Positions 36,513-46,035 are shown, counted from the first letter of the stretch. The stretch is DNA of 64,000 nt from Dysgonomonas hofstadii (GCA_040395895.1 JBEBPN010000021.1:1596-65595); one strand, 5' to 3'. Notes: generated from the letters alone by a model not told the origin. Numbers and translations: made by a program.

Positions 36513-38357
36513 ATGTGTGGAATAGTCGGATACATTGGGTTTCGTGAAGCCTACCCCATTTTAATAAAAGGGTTACACAGATTAGAATACAGAGGGTACG
36601 ACAGTGCCGGAGTTGCCATAATCAACGAAGAAGACAAGCTTTCAGTTTACAAAGCAAAAGGACGGGTGCAGGACCTCGAGGAATATGCCCGTGACAAAGA
36701 CATCTCAGGAACAATAGGAATCGCGCATACACGCTGGGCTACACACGGTGAGCCGAGCAATGCCAATGCGCATCCTCACTACTCACAGTCTGAATCGTTG
36801 GCGCTAATACACAACGGTATCATCGAAAACTATTCGGTACTGAAAGCACAACTGCAGAATAAGGGCTATAAATTTCAGAGCAGTACCGATACCGAAGTAT
36901 TGGTACAACTGATAGAATATATTAAGCAGATCAACGACTGCGACCTTTTCACTGCCGTACAGATTGCGCTCAATCAGGTAGTAGGAGCTTATGCGATAGC
37001 CGTTATAGAAAAAGGTCATCCCGATCAGATTATTGCTGCCCGCAAAAGTAGCCCACTGGTAATCGGTATCGGCGAAGGCGAGTTTTTTCTCGGTTCGGAT
37101 GCGTCGCCTATTATAGAATACACCAACAAGGTTATTTATCTTGACGATGAAGAAATCGCTGTTATCAAGCGCGATGAAGATCCTAAAGTGGTAACTATAT
37201 CCAATGTGAAGAAAACACCGGAAGTGAAAGAACTCGAGATGAATCTCAGCCAGTTGGAGCGCGGTGGTTATCCGCACTTCATGCTGAAAGAAATATTCGA
37301 GCAGCCCGAAACGTTGCAAAGCTGTATGAGCGGCCGTATCAATGTGGAAGGAACAAATGTGACGCTATCGGGTATCATCGATCATAAAGACAAATTTATA
37401 AAAGCACGCCGTATCATCATCATTGCTTGTGGTACATCGTGGCATGCCGGACTGATAGGAGAGTACTTGTTCGAGGAATTTTGCCGCATACCGGTAGAGG
37501 TAGAATATGCATCCGAATTCCGCTACAGAAATCCGGTAATAGAACCGGACGATATTGTTATTGCCATATCTCAGTCGGGTGAAACGGCCGATTCGCTGGC
37601 AGCTATCGAACTGGCACGTAAAGCCGGAGCATTTGTTTACGGGGTATGTAACGTAGTGGGTTCGTCTATTCCGCGTAATACCGACTCTGGCTCTTACACC
37701 CATTGCGGACACGAGATAGGAGTTGCTTCTACCAAAGCATTTACGGCTCAGGTTACCGTACTTACCATGATGGCTTTGGTTATCGGAAAAGAAAAAGGTA
37801 CAATCGCAGAAGACCGCTATCTGCAAGTGATAAAGGAATTACAGGAAATACCTGCCAAAATAGAAAGAGTATTATCGCTGAATGACAAAGTAAAAGAGCT
37901 GTCTCTGATATTTACCTATGCGCAGAACTTTATCTATCTGGGGCGCGGGTATAACTATCCGATTGCATTGGAAGGCGCACTCAAGCTGAAAGAAATATCA
38001 TACATTCATGCCGAAGGGTATCCTGCCGCCGAAATGAAGCACGGACCTATTGCGCTCATCGACAATGAAATGCCTATTGTTACCATCGCTACCCATAGCG
38101 CAATATACGAGAAAGTGGTAAGCAACATTCAGGAAATAAAAGCGCGTAAGGGGCGGGTAATAGCTATTATAAACGAAGGTGACGAAACCATGAAGGCGTT
38201 GGCCGATCATTATATCGAGATCCCAGCTACGGTAGAATGCCTCGATCCGCTGTTGACCTCGATACCGTTGCAACTGCTGGCTTATCATATTGCCGTGAAC
38301 AAGAACAGGGATGTGGATATGCCGCGTAATCTGGCTAAATCGGTAACAGTGGAATAA
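36513..38357 (+). CDS. glmS: Glutamine--fructose-6-phosphate aminotransferase (isomerizing)
   Basis: MCGIVGYIG (N-terminal nucleophile Cys), the SIS motif SQSGETADS, and a C-terminal ...NLAKSVTVE. Confidence 0.95.
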   Translation: MCGIVGYIGFREAYPILIKGLHRLEYRGYDSAGVAIINEEDKLSVYKAKGRVQDLEEYARDKDISGTIGIAHTRWATHGEPSNANAHPHYSQSESLALIHNGIIENYSVLKAQLQNKGYKFQSSTDTEVLVQLIEYIKQINDCDLFTAVQIALNQVVGAYAIAVIEKGHPDQIIAARKSSPLVIGIGEGEFFLGSDASPIIEYTNKVIYLDDEEIAVIKRDEDPKVVTISNVKKTPEVKELEMNLSQLERGGYPHFMLKEIFEQPETLQSCMSGRINVEGTNVTLSGIIDHKDKFIKARRIIIIACGTSWHAGLIGEYLFEEFCRIPVEVEYASEFRYRNPVIEPDDIVIAISQSGETADSLAAIELARKAGAFVYGVCNVVGSSIPRNTDSGSYTHCGHEIGVASTKAFTAQVTVLTMMALVIGKEKGTIAEDRYLQVIKELQEIPAKIERVLSLNDKVKELSLIFTYAQNFIYLGRGYNYPIALEGALKLKEISYIHAEGYPAAEMKHGPIALIDNEMPIVTIATHSAIYEKVVSNIQEIKARKGRVIAIINEGDETMKALADHYIEIPATVECLDPLLTSIPLQLLAYHIAVNKNRDVDMPRNLAKSVTVE

Positions 38358-38426
38358 TTGTCATAATAATGGGTAAAGAATATTATCTTAACAGGATTAA
38401 GACCTTTTCTTTCTGTAAAATATTCT

Positions 38427-38434
38427 TATATTTG
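38427..38434 (+). promoter_or_regulatory. Bacteroidota -7 box TATATTTG
   Basis: 29 nt upstream of ATG 38463. Confidence 0.45.
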
Positions 38435-38462
38435 CAAAAACTTTACAATTAAATTAATTATT

Positions 38463-38987
38463 ATGAAAATTAAGATCTTCCTTTTCACCCTTACCTGCCT
38501 GTTTATGTTCGCATTGAACATGAATGCGCAAATTTCTCTGGCAGCCGGAACTAAAATCACATTGGCTGACGATACGAAGAAAAATGTAGAAGAAATAAAG
38601 ACCGGAGATAAGATACTGGTATTTAATGTTAAGGAGAAAGTATACGAAGAAAAGGCTGTAAAGGGAACAAGTAAAGTGATGCTGAGCCGTCTTGTGCGTG
38701 TTACTCTGGAAACAGGTATGCAGGTGGTGATGTCGCTTGACAATCCGTTCTTTGCAGAAAAGGGATGGGTATCTATAAGCCCTGATCAAACAATGATGGA
38801 CAATCAGTTCAAAAATATACAGCACATCAATATCGGCGAATTTACACTGTTCTACAATGTGAGCAGTACCGACTATGTAGAGGTGACTGTGATACAGGGA
38901 ATTCTGGAACCGACAATGACTTATACGCTGCAACTGGATGATGATGGCGCAGTTGTCGCTAACGGCTTCCTTGTAGGGCATAAATGA
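38463..38987 (+). CDS. Secreted stand-alone Hint (Hedgehog/intein-like) domain protein
   Basis: The signal peptide is followed by SLAAGTKITLADDTKKNVEEIKTGDKILV (compare the C-x-x-x-GT-x-I-x-L-x-DG....I..I..GD.V Hint N-terminus). The C-terminus is VVANGFLVGHK (compare the ...NG-h-h-VHN end). Confidence 0.55.
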   Translation: MKIKIFLFTLTCLFMFALNMNAQISLAAGTKITLADDTKKNVEEIKTGDKILVFNVKEKVYEEKAVKGTSKVMLSRLVRVTLETGMQVVMSLDNPFFAEKGWVSISPDQTMMDNQFKNIQHINIGEFTLFYNVSSTDYVEVTVIQGILEPTMTYTLQLDDDGAVVANGFLVGHK

Positions 38988-38991
38988 TAAA

Positions 38992-39426
38992 ATGAAGATC
39001 GACAAGAACGATATACAAGAACGTATAAAAGGAACTTTGATAGAGACGTTGAACATCACATTCATAGAATCTGATGATCAAACGTCTCTTGAAGCTACTA
39101 TGCCCGTAGTAAAAGGGCTTTCGCAGACTATGGGCGTATTGCACGGGGGAGCTACTATCTCCCTTGCCGAATCCATAGCCGGTGTAGGATCGAATAATCT
39201 CTGCTCGGGTGACGAACAGTGTTTCGGTATGCAAATCAGTGCAAGCCATATATCGCCGGCCAAAGTAGGCGATGTAGTAAGGGCAAAGGGTATCATTCAA
39301 CATAAAGGACGTTCCTCCCATGTGTGGAATATCGACGTCTTTTCCGAATCGACAGGGCATCTTATCTCAACTATCCGTATCACCAATGCTGTGGTAAAAA
39401 AGGTACTCTACATCAAAAAAGATTAA
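38992..39426 (+). CDS. PaaI/hotdog-fold acyl-CoA thioesterase
   Basis: LNITFIESDDQTSLEATMPV...GVLHGGATISLAESIAGVGS is typical of the PaaI/DHNA-CoA thioesterase family. Confidence 0.8.
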   Translation: MKIDKNDIQERIKGTLIETLNITFIESDDQTSLEATMPVVKGLSQTMGVLHGGATISLAESIAGVGSNNLCSGDEQCFGMQISASHISPAKVGDVVRAKGIIQHKGRSSHVWNIDVFSESTGHLISTIRITNAVVKKVLYIKKD

Positions 39427-39531
39427 GCACCTGTATTTTTTACGATCATATTTATCTATACATAGAATTAAACCTTTTAATACTATCGCTGTTCTAATAT
39501 GAAAGATATTAGTCAGTAAAAAACAACGGAA

Positions 39532-40146
39532 ATGAAAAAAGCATTAATTATTATACTTTTCGCCACATTATTTTTCACGGCATGTGGTACCATGAGGGTA
39601 GCAGATGTATATAACCTGTCGCCCGGAATGACTCAGAGCGATGTAAACCGTATCATGGGAGCGCCATTACGCGTTTTGTCGTCCAGCTATACACAGGATG
39701 GACGTATCGAGGTTTATGAATATCATACTTACCAAAATGAGGCGTATGCTATCGAATTCTTTAATGGAAGAATGGAGAGATATGACTTCATGTACGAAGA
39801 TGTTCCAGCAATGGGAGTATCCCCAACACCTGTGTATCCGGTGAGACCAACGCAACCTGTACGTCCTACTCACCCCGTACGCCCTACGCAACCGGTGAGG
39901 CCTACACAGCCTGTGAGACCGGGTAATAACACCCGACCAGATAATTCCGGTAGCCGTCCCGGAAATACCGGAACTACCCGTCCAGGTACCAGTACCCGTC
40001 CTTCAAATGAAAATCAGGGAAATACGACGCGTCCGACTTATCAGGAACCGACTACCCGTCCGGCTAATTCTTCGGGCAGCAATACCCGTACAAGAACTAC
40101 TACAGAGTCTACAGAGGAACAAAAGAAAGAACCGGAAAGAAGATAA
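39532..40146 (+). CDS. Lipoprotein with a BamE/SmpA-like N-domain and a Pro/Thr/Arg-rich repetitive tail
   Basis: Lipobox LFFTAC; LSPGMTQSDVNRIMGAP. PVRPTQ/H hexapeptide x5 at nt 39838-39921, then TRP-rich low complexity. Confidence 0.7.
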   Translation: MKKALIIILFATLFFTACGTMRVADVYNLSPGMTQSDVNRIMGAPLRVLSSSYTQDGRIEVYEYHTYQNEAYAIEFFNGRMERYDFMYEDVPAMGVSPTPVYPVRPTQPVRPTHPVRPTQPVRPTQPVRPGNNTRPDNSGSRPGNTGTTRPGTSTRPSNENQGNTTRPTYQEPTTRPANSSGSNTRTRTTTESTEEQKKEPERR

Positions 40147-40192
40147 AAAAAATCCAACAATCTCAGTATACTGAGACTGTCGGATTTGCCAG

Positions 40193-40240
40193 AGAGAGTA
40201 AAATAAAACGGATCGCCAAATTCAGATTATTTTACTCTCT
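40193..40240 (-). terminator. Long perfect hairpin downstream of the minus-strand GntR operon and small ORF
   Basis: AGAGAGTAAAATAA (40193-40206) / TTATTTTACTCTCT (40227-40240), 14 bp perfect with a 20-nt loop. Confidence 0.5.
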
Positions 40241-40259
40241 TAATATATAAATTCAGTTA

Positions 40260-40364
40260 CTATACAGCTACCAGAATATCCAGTACTTTATATATTATGG
40301 CGACGATACATATTAAAACAATTACTATCATAGTTGTAAAGATTTTATTTGCATACTTTTTCAT
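40260..40364 (-). CDS. Possible 34-aa hydrophobic peptide
   Basis: My own reading gives MKKYANKIFTTMIVIVLICIVAIIYKVLDILVAV with one TM helix. It sits between the GntR stop and the 14-bp hairpin and is below the ORF-track cutoff. Confidence 0.3.
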   Translation of the reverse strand: MKKYANKIFTTMIVIVLICIVAIIYKVLDILVAV

Positions 40365-40428
40365 ATTATATGATTTATTTGTTGGCTTTATGATTTGATC
40401 TGTTTAACGATGGGAGAGATAAGATATA

Positions 40429-40788
40429 TTATTCCCCCGATTGTTTATACCTCTCCACTACTTCGTCTATACTGATTCCAAGTAGCTTCATCGTGTTGAA
40501 AGTTTCCGGAAGTGTTTCTTCAAAGAAGTCTTTCTTCTGTAGGTTCAGAATGAGCTTGCCCGCTCCTTCGGCAACAAAATACCCCATGCCTCTTTTCGAG
40601 TAGATAACATTCTCGGCCTGCATATATTCAAAGGCACGCATAGCCGTATTGGGGTTGACCTGCAACATGGAGCCTAATTCTCTAACCGATGGTATCCGGT
40701 CTTCTTCGGGCCATTCCTGTATCAGCATCTTCTGAAAGCAGAAGTCTACGATTTGCAGGTATATTGGTTTGTTCGATTTAAAATCCAT
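40429..40788 (-). CDS. GntR family transcriptional regulator (short, YtrA-like)
   Basis: PIYLQIVDFCFQKMLIQEWPEEDRIPSVRELGSMLQVNPNTAMRAFEYMQAENVIYSKRGMGYFV. Confidence 0.9.
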   Translation of the reverse strand: MDFKSNKPIYLQIVDFCFQKMLIQEWPEEDRIPSVRELGSMLQVNPNTAMRAFEYMQAENVIYSKRGMGYFVAEGAGKLILNLQKKDFFEETLPETFNTMKLLGISIDEVVERYKQSGE

Positions 40789-40789
40789 A

Positions 40790-41566
40790 TTATATTTCAG
40801 TTTCTTTTAGTTTAAAATAGCATACAACCCACATCCCGAAAGGAAAGATGATACTTATAATGGCATTGCATACGGAAATAAGAGTATTTTCTGTTACTAC
40901 ACTTGGGTTTGACGAGCCGAAACTATATCCGATATGAAAAGCCTGATTATTTCCCATGCCTGCGTTGAAAGAAGCTTCTTCACCAGAGAAGAAAATCGTT
41001 CCGAGAATTACAGCTATAATCATCACTACAATACCTATCAGTATGAGTACAAGAGATGTTTTGACGAAGGCATATTTATTGAAGTAGAAATATCCTATCA
41101 TAAACATAGACTGTATTGCAAGAAGCTTGAGCAGTGAGGCCGGTTTTAAAGCATTGTCAGATAATGACATAAATTCGGCATGCTTGTTGAGGGCCTCTAC
41201 AGGAATTATGCCCGTTATCAGGTTCAGTATAAGTATTGTAAGAGCTATCAGTCCAGGTATGATTATGACATACTTTAACCAGAAGCTAAAGAAGTTCTCG
41301 AATGTAGATGACGGTGTCGTAAAGTCGAAGATGCTTACATTCTTGGCGATGGTTTTTTCAAAGAAGCACGGACTTCCTATAATTATCATAGCGGCTACCA
41401 CATATATGAAGTCATGGAAACTGCTGTCGACCAATACATACATCAGCATGGAAATGAGATACAGCCCCGCAAGCGATCCGGTGATATATATATATTGCAT
41501 GCGCGAAAGAAAGAGATTACGCATTTCGAGTTTCTGGAAACGGTCTATATTGAATATTGCGTTCAT
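40790..41566 (-). CDS. Polytopic membrane protein, putative permease component of the ABC system
   Basis: 258 aa with about 6 TM, tightly packed between the ABC ATPase and GntR genes. Confidence 0.65.
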   Translation of the reverse strand: MNAIFNIDRFQKLEMRNLFLSRMQYIYITGSLAGLYLISMLMYVLVDSSFHDFIYVVAAMIIIGSPCFFEKTIAKNVSIFDFTTPSSTFENFFSFWLKYVIIIPGLIALTILILNLITGIIPVEALNKHAEFMSLSDNALKPASLLKLLAIQSMFMIGYFYFNKYAFVKTSLVLILIGIVVMIIAVILGTIFFSGEEASFNAGMGNNQAFHIGYSFGSSNPSVVTENTLISVCNAIISIIFPFGMWVVCYFKLKETEI

Positions 41567-41571
41567 CGTTA

Positions 41572-42405
41572 TTACAAATTTGAGTTGAATAATTCTTTTA
41601 TCTTTTGTCTGTTGTTGACTACAGTGTTGAACAGGGCTTCTATATTCAGCGTGCTTTCTTCTCCATATTCATTTGCCGAAACGGAAAAATATCCCTGCAT
41701 TGTCTGCTCACAATATAGTGTATCTTCTGGCTGGTGCGAAGTATAGGAAAACAGCAGCTTGTTGGTGATTTCCTGTACCGAGTTGTTTAGCAATACCTGA
41801 TTGCGGTCGAGAATGATAATAGGATCGATCAGATTTTCCAGATCACGCACCTGATGAGTCGATATTATTATACACCTTTCGTCGTCGAAAACCGAAGCTA
41901 TTATCTTTCTGAACTGAGATTTGGACGGTATATCCAAGCCATTGGTAGGCTCGTCGAGTAATGTAATCGGCGTGTTCAAAGCCAGTGCATAGGCAATCAT
42001 TACTTTTTTCTTTTGCCCGTACGACAGTTCGTTCATCTTGCGGTCTTTATCTACCTGAAAGTCGTTCATATAAGAGTTGAACTGCTCTTCGCTAAAGTTA
42101 GGATAGAAGACAGCATTGTACTTTACAAAGTCTTTTATATACAACGCCGGAGCAGCGAACTCTTCGGGCAGGAAAAAAAGCTGTTTGAGCATATCGGGAT
42201 TTCTGTACGACGACTCATATCCGAGTACGTTACAGTTTCCGGCTTTCGGAAAAGTAAGTCCGCTTATGATATGTAGCAGGGTGGTTTTTCCCACGCCATT
42301 TTCACCGAGCAGGCCGTATATGCCATTCTGCATTTCAAAAGAAACCTTTTCAAAAACAGGTCTCTTCTTGTAGTAGTAAAAACCTAAGTCGTTTATCTTT
42401 ATCAT
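41572..42405 (-). CDS. ABC transporter ATP-binding protein
   Basis: Walker A GENGVGKTT, signature LSYGQKKK, Walker B ITLLDEPTNGLD. Confidence 0.9.
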   Translation of the reverse strand: MIKINDLGFYYYKKRPVFEKVSFEMQNGIYGLLGENGVGKTTLLHIISGLTFPKAGNCNVLGYESSYRNPDMLKQLFFLPEEFAAPALYIKDFVKYNAVFYPNFSEEQFNSYMNDFQVDKDRKMNELSYGQKKKVMIAYALALNTPITLLDEPTNGLDIPSKSQFRKIIASVFDDERCIIISTHQVRDLENLIDPIIILDRNQVLLNNSVQEITNKLLFSYTSHQPEDTLYCEQTMQGYFSVSANEYGEESTLNIEALFNTVVNNRQKIKELFNSNL

Positions 42406-42418
42406 AATTAATATCTTT

Positions 42419-42451
42419 AGTGTATTAGTTTAATAGTACACTGCAAATATA
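42419..42451 (-). promoter_or_regulatory. Promoter -7 box plus an inverted repeat, a candidate GntR operator
   Basis: The reverse complement of 42444-42451 is TATATTTG. An inverted repeat AGTGTA (42419-42424) ... TACACT (42437-42442) overlaps the predicted TSS; GT..TA..AC-type palindromes are typical GntR sites. Confidence 0.4.
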
Positions 42452-42536
42452 GGCATTTATTTTAATATCCAACAAAAAAGTGAAAAAAATATTGAAATTT
42501 TTTATTTCCGTGTTTTAGCCAGATTGGGAAGGGGGC

Positions 42537-42568
42537 GGACAGATTTTATATATATCTGTCCTTTTGTT
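42537..42568 (+). terminator. Orphan intrinsic-terminator-like hairpin
   Basis: GGACAGAT / ATCTGTCC stem with loop TTTATATAT, then TTTTGTT. No + strand gene lies upstream. Confidence 0.4.
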
Positions 42569-42760
42569 ACAATCCGGCTAAGATAACTGCATTTTAATCA
42601 AAATTATTTAGTTAAAAATATTTGTGGGTTTTGTATCTTAACTATTTTTTATATATTCGCAGTGATAACACTGAATATGGAGATCAGACACCATACACAA
42701 ACGAGGCGGAACCGAAAAGCCATACGAGTAGGGGACTAACATAAAACGAATTTAAACTAT

Positions 42761-43120
42761 ATGGAATGGTTTATGAAAGTAGTGAAAGAACACTACGCAG
42801 ACTTTAAGGGCAGAGCCAGGCGTAAAGAATTTTGGATGTTTACATTGATCGCTTATGGTGGAATCATTGTTTTGAGCATTCTTGCAGGAATACTGGCTCA
42901 GATCGCATCTTTTCTAGGTATTATCCTGTATATTATTATGCTTATCGCTTGTTTGGCTATTGTAGTTCCGGGTTTAGCTGTAGGTGTAAGAAGAATGCAC
43001 GATGTGGGTAAAGACTGGTGGTATATACTTATCCCTATTTACAGCCTTATTCTGGCTATCACAGAAGGCGAAAAAGGAGACAACCAATACGGTCCGGATC
43101 CTAAAGCCGGAGAACGTTAA
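42761..43120 (+). CDS. DUF805 domain membrane protein
   Basis: FKGRARRKEFWMFTL...GVRRMHDVGKDWWYILIPIY...GEKGDNQYGPDP matches the canonical DUF805 pattern. Confidence 0.85.
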   Translation: MEWFMKVVKEHYADFKGRARRKEFWMFTLIAYGGIIVLSILAGILAQIASFLGIILYIIMLIACLAIVVPGLAVGVRRMHDVGKDWWYILIPIYSLILAITEGEKGDNQYGPDPKAGER

Positions 43121-43143
43121 TTATTAGCAATAAGAATTAATAT

Positions 43144-43180
43144 AAAGAGCACAGGTCAGAAAGGCCTGTGCTCTTTTATT
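43144..43180 (+). terminator. Rho-independent terminator
   Basis: AAAGAGCACAGG / CCTGTGCTCTTT, a 12-bp stem followed by a T-rich tail. Confidence 0.7.
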
Positions 43181-43373
43181 TATCCCGTTTCTAGGAATAA
43201 AAGTTAAATAAACTTGCATTCCTGATTTTTTGGCTACATTTGTATTATATACATATCCGTAAGTAATACTTTGACATGTGTATTCTCTGAAATATCGGAT
43301 CTAATCGGGATACATTTGTCTTAAAGACCGGATATACACTAATATATAACTATGCATAAATTGTAATATCCAA

Positions 43374-44237
43374 ATGGAGTTACTCTATAAACAAGAACAT
43401 CTTTCCTGCTACAACTACGAAAAGGGAAAAAGGCCTACGATTGAGAAATTTGTTTTTCAGAAAGACCAGAAATGGGAAATTTTTCCGATAGACAATAAGG
43501 TGATCTTTATGCTTAAAGGCTCGTTGAGTTTTTCTTTCGGAGATGTTACCGATGAGACTATATCGTCGGGTAAAATGATGATGCTTCCGGCTGGAAGCCG
43601 TTTCAGCGGACAGGCTAAGGAAGATTGTGATTTCATAGTAATCAGATTACACAATACAAAACAACTTTGCGATTGTTTTTCTTTAGATGTATTGCTTCGC
43701 GAAGAAAAGGAGGATTTCAAACCCGGATTATACTATTTAGATATAAATGAAAAAGTAGAGCAATTTTTATCGTTTCTCGATTCCTGCATGGGAGACGGGC
43801 TCAAATGTACATACTACTTCGAGCTGAAAGCGAAAGAATTTTATTTCCTGTTGCGGGCATACTATACAAAAAGAGACTTGTTAGGCTTTTTCTATCCGCT
43901 TCTCAGCAATGATATACCTTTTTCAGATCTTGTGCTGAAAAACCATTACAGAGCCCGTACTGTACAGGAACTGGCAGACCTTACCCATTATAGCCTTTCC
44001 GGTTTCCAGAAACGGTTTAAAAAAGTATTCGGCGTGTCAGCCTATCATTGGATGCGCGATGAACGCTCAAAATCGATATACCACCAGATTAACAGTACCG
44101 AAAAGTCGTTTAAGGAAATAAGCGATGAATACGGTTTTTCTTCACCCTCACACTTCAACGATTTTTGCAAGACCAGTTTCGGCTCTACTCCGGGACGTAT
44201 CCGCCGCAAGAAATCACTAAAAAACCAAGAACAGTAA
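43374..44237 (+). CDS. AraC family transcriptional regulator
   Basis: N-terminal cupin-like sensor domain. The C-terminal double HTH reads LADLTHYSLSGFQKRFKKVFGVSAYHWMRDER...ISDEYGFSSPSHFNDFCKTSFGSTPGRIRR. Confidence 0.85.
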   Translation: MELLYKQEHLSCYNYEKGKRPTIEKFVFQKDQKWEIFPIDNKVIFMLKGSLSFSFGDVTDETISSGKMMMLPAGSRFSGQAKEDCDFIVIRLHNTKQLCDCFSLDVLLREEKEDFKPGLYYLDINEKVEQFLSFLDSCMGDGLKCTYYFELKAKEFYFLLRAYYTKRDLLGFFYPLLSNDIPFSDLVLKNHYRARTVQELADLTHYSLSGFQKRFKKVFGVSAYHWMRDERSKSIYHQINSTEKSFKEISDEYGFSSPSHFNDFCKTSFGSTPGRIRRKKSLKNQEQ

Positions 44238-44477
44238 AAAGGGTACAAATTCGTAAAAAGCGGGCATGTATCTGTAATCTCAGCCATTATTAATTCTCAT
44301 ATCTTTGTAATGTAAATATATGAGGAATGTATTTATGCTAAATGAAGACCTGACTAGGTTGTAGTTTAACTCTATTATTGTGTAGTTTTGTAAAGTTTGT
44401 GTTAAGGTTGGAAAGTCTGCGAAGGGAGTTTGCGGGCTTTTTGCGCTTTAGTAAAGCCCCTGACACAAGCTTACACT

Positions 44478-44511
44478 AAAAAGCCTTTACTCGCGAGGGT
44501 AAAGGCTTTTT
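44478..44511. terminator. Bidirectional terminator downstream of catalase; it could also end a + strand transcript
   Basis: AAAAAGCCTTTA / TAAAGGCTTTTT, a 12-bp stem flanked by A and T tracts. Confidence 0.7.
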
Positions 44512-44532
44512 AGCGTTATATAGAAAGATTCA

Positions 44533-46035
44533 TTATCCGGCTGTTGCCTTCACACGATCTTCGTGCGACATTGCAGCCAGTTTTATTACTTCGTTTATGT
44601 CGAGTCCCAATCCTTCGGCTACTTTTGTCCCATAGTCTGTATGCGCTTTGTAGAATATAGCTGTCTGACGCAGTTGTATCCGTTTGGCAGCATTCATTAT
44701 ATGCGCGACTATATTGCCCACCAGATTCTTTTTGTCGTAGTCAGACAATACCCTGCCATACAAATCGCCAGCCTGAATATAATCCATGTCGGACAATTCA
44801 TATTCGTGGCGTGTAGCCATCCCTTTTACGTCTACAGGCGGAGTAGCGTATTTCTTATCCGGTTGTGCTCCGTCAAAGCTGTTCGGATAGTAGTTTGGCC
44901 CTGTATAACTGTGCATATTCATCGCACCATCGCGCTGATATGTATTGATCTGAGCTTTCGGACGGTTGACAGGTATCATGTCGAAGTTTGTACCCAGACG
45001 ATGACGGTGTGTGTCAGGATAACTGAATACACGCCCCTGAAGCATCTTATCGGGTGATATGGCAATACCCGGAACGAGATTTCCCGGTGAAAAGGCGGCC
45101 TGTTCTACTTCCGAGAAGTAATTTTCAGGATTTTTGTCTAATACCATTTTACCTACAGGAATCAGTGGGTAGTCTTTCTGAGGCCATACCTTAGTCACAT
45201 CAAAAGCATCGAAGTTATATCTCTCGGCTTCTTCGGGACGCATGATCTGTACATAGACGCTCCACGAAGGATAATTCTTTTTGTCTATATTCTCGAACAG
45301 ATCGCGGGTTGCATGATCCGGATCGGTACCGGCAAGCATTGTCGCTTCTTCCTTTGTCAGATTTTTGATGCCCTGATCGGTTTTGAAATGCAGTTTTATC
45401 CAGAAATGCTCCCCTTTTTCGTTGTACCACATATAAGCATGACTTGTAAAGCCGTGCATCTGCCGGTACGAAGCAGGAGTTCCCCTATCTGAAAAAAGGA
45501 TTGTTGCCTGATGTACGCTTTCGGGAGTCAATGACATAAAGTCCCAGAAGGCATTGGCATCGTCCAGATTCGATGTCGGATTCTTCTTTTGTGTATGTAT
45601 GAAATCCGGGAATTTGATAGCATCTCGTATGAAAAATACCGGAGTGTTATTACCCACCATATCATAATTACCGTCTTCGGTATAAAATTTAACAGCAAAT
45701 CCACGAGGGTCTCTGGCGCTGTCGGCCGATCCGCGCCCGCCTCCTACAGTCGAGAAACGTGCGAATATATCGGTCTTTTTGCCTACAGCCGATAAGAATG
45801 AAGCGCAAGTGTATTTGCTCAGGTCGTTGGTTACTTCAAAATAACCATACGCGCCGGCTCCTTTGGCATGCACTACACGTTCTGGAATTCTTTCCCTATC
45901 AAAGTGAGCGAGCTTTTCGACAAGGTGGGTGTCGGAAAGTAATGTCATGTGCTCGTTTTGGGTAGTGATAGAAGCTTGATCGTTGTCTACCGGGATGCCC
46001 TGATTAGTGGTCATCCTTTTGTTTTTTTGTTCCAT
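44533..46035 (-). CDS. Catalase (monofunctional, small-subunit type)
   Basis: [20 protein letters not shown] (distal His), [30 protein letters not shown] (proximal Tyr region); 500 aa. Confidence 0.95.
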   Translation of the reverse strand: MEQKNKRMTTNQGIPVDNDQASITTQNEHMTLLSDTHLVEKLAHFDRERIPERVVHAKGAGAYGYFEVTNDLSKYTCASFLSAVGKKTDIFARFSTVGGGRGSADSARDPRGFAVKFYTEDGNYDMVGNNTPVFFIRDAIKFPDFIHTQKKNPTSNLDDANAFWDFMSLTPESVHQATILFSDRGTPASYRQMHGFTSHAYMWYNEKGEHFWIKLHFKTDQGIKNLTKEEATMLAGTDPDHATRDLFENIDKKNYPSWSVYVQIMRPEEAERYNFDAFDVTKVWPQKDYPLIPVGKMVLDKNPENYFSEVEQAAFSPGNLVPGIAISPDKMLQGRVFSYPDTHRHRLGTNFDMIPVNRPKAQINTYQRDGAMNMHSYTGPNYYPNSFDGAQPDKKYATPPVDVKGMATRHEYELSDMDYIQAGDLYGRVLSDYDKKNLVGNIVAHIMNAAKRIQLRQTAIFYKAHTDYGTKVAEGLGLDINEVIKLAAMSHEDRVKATAG

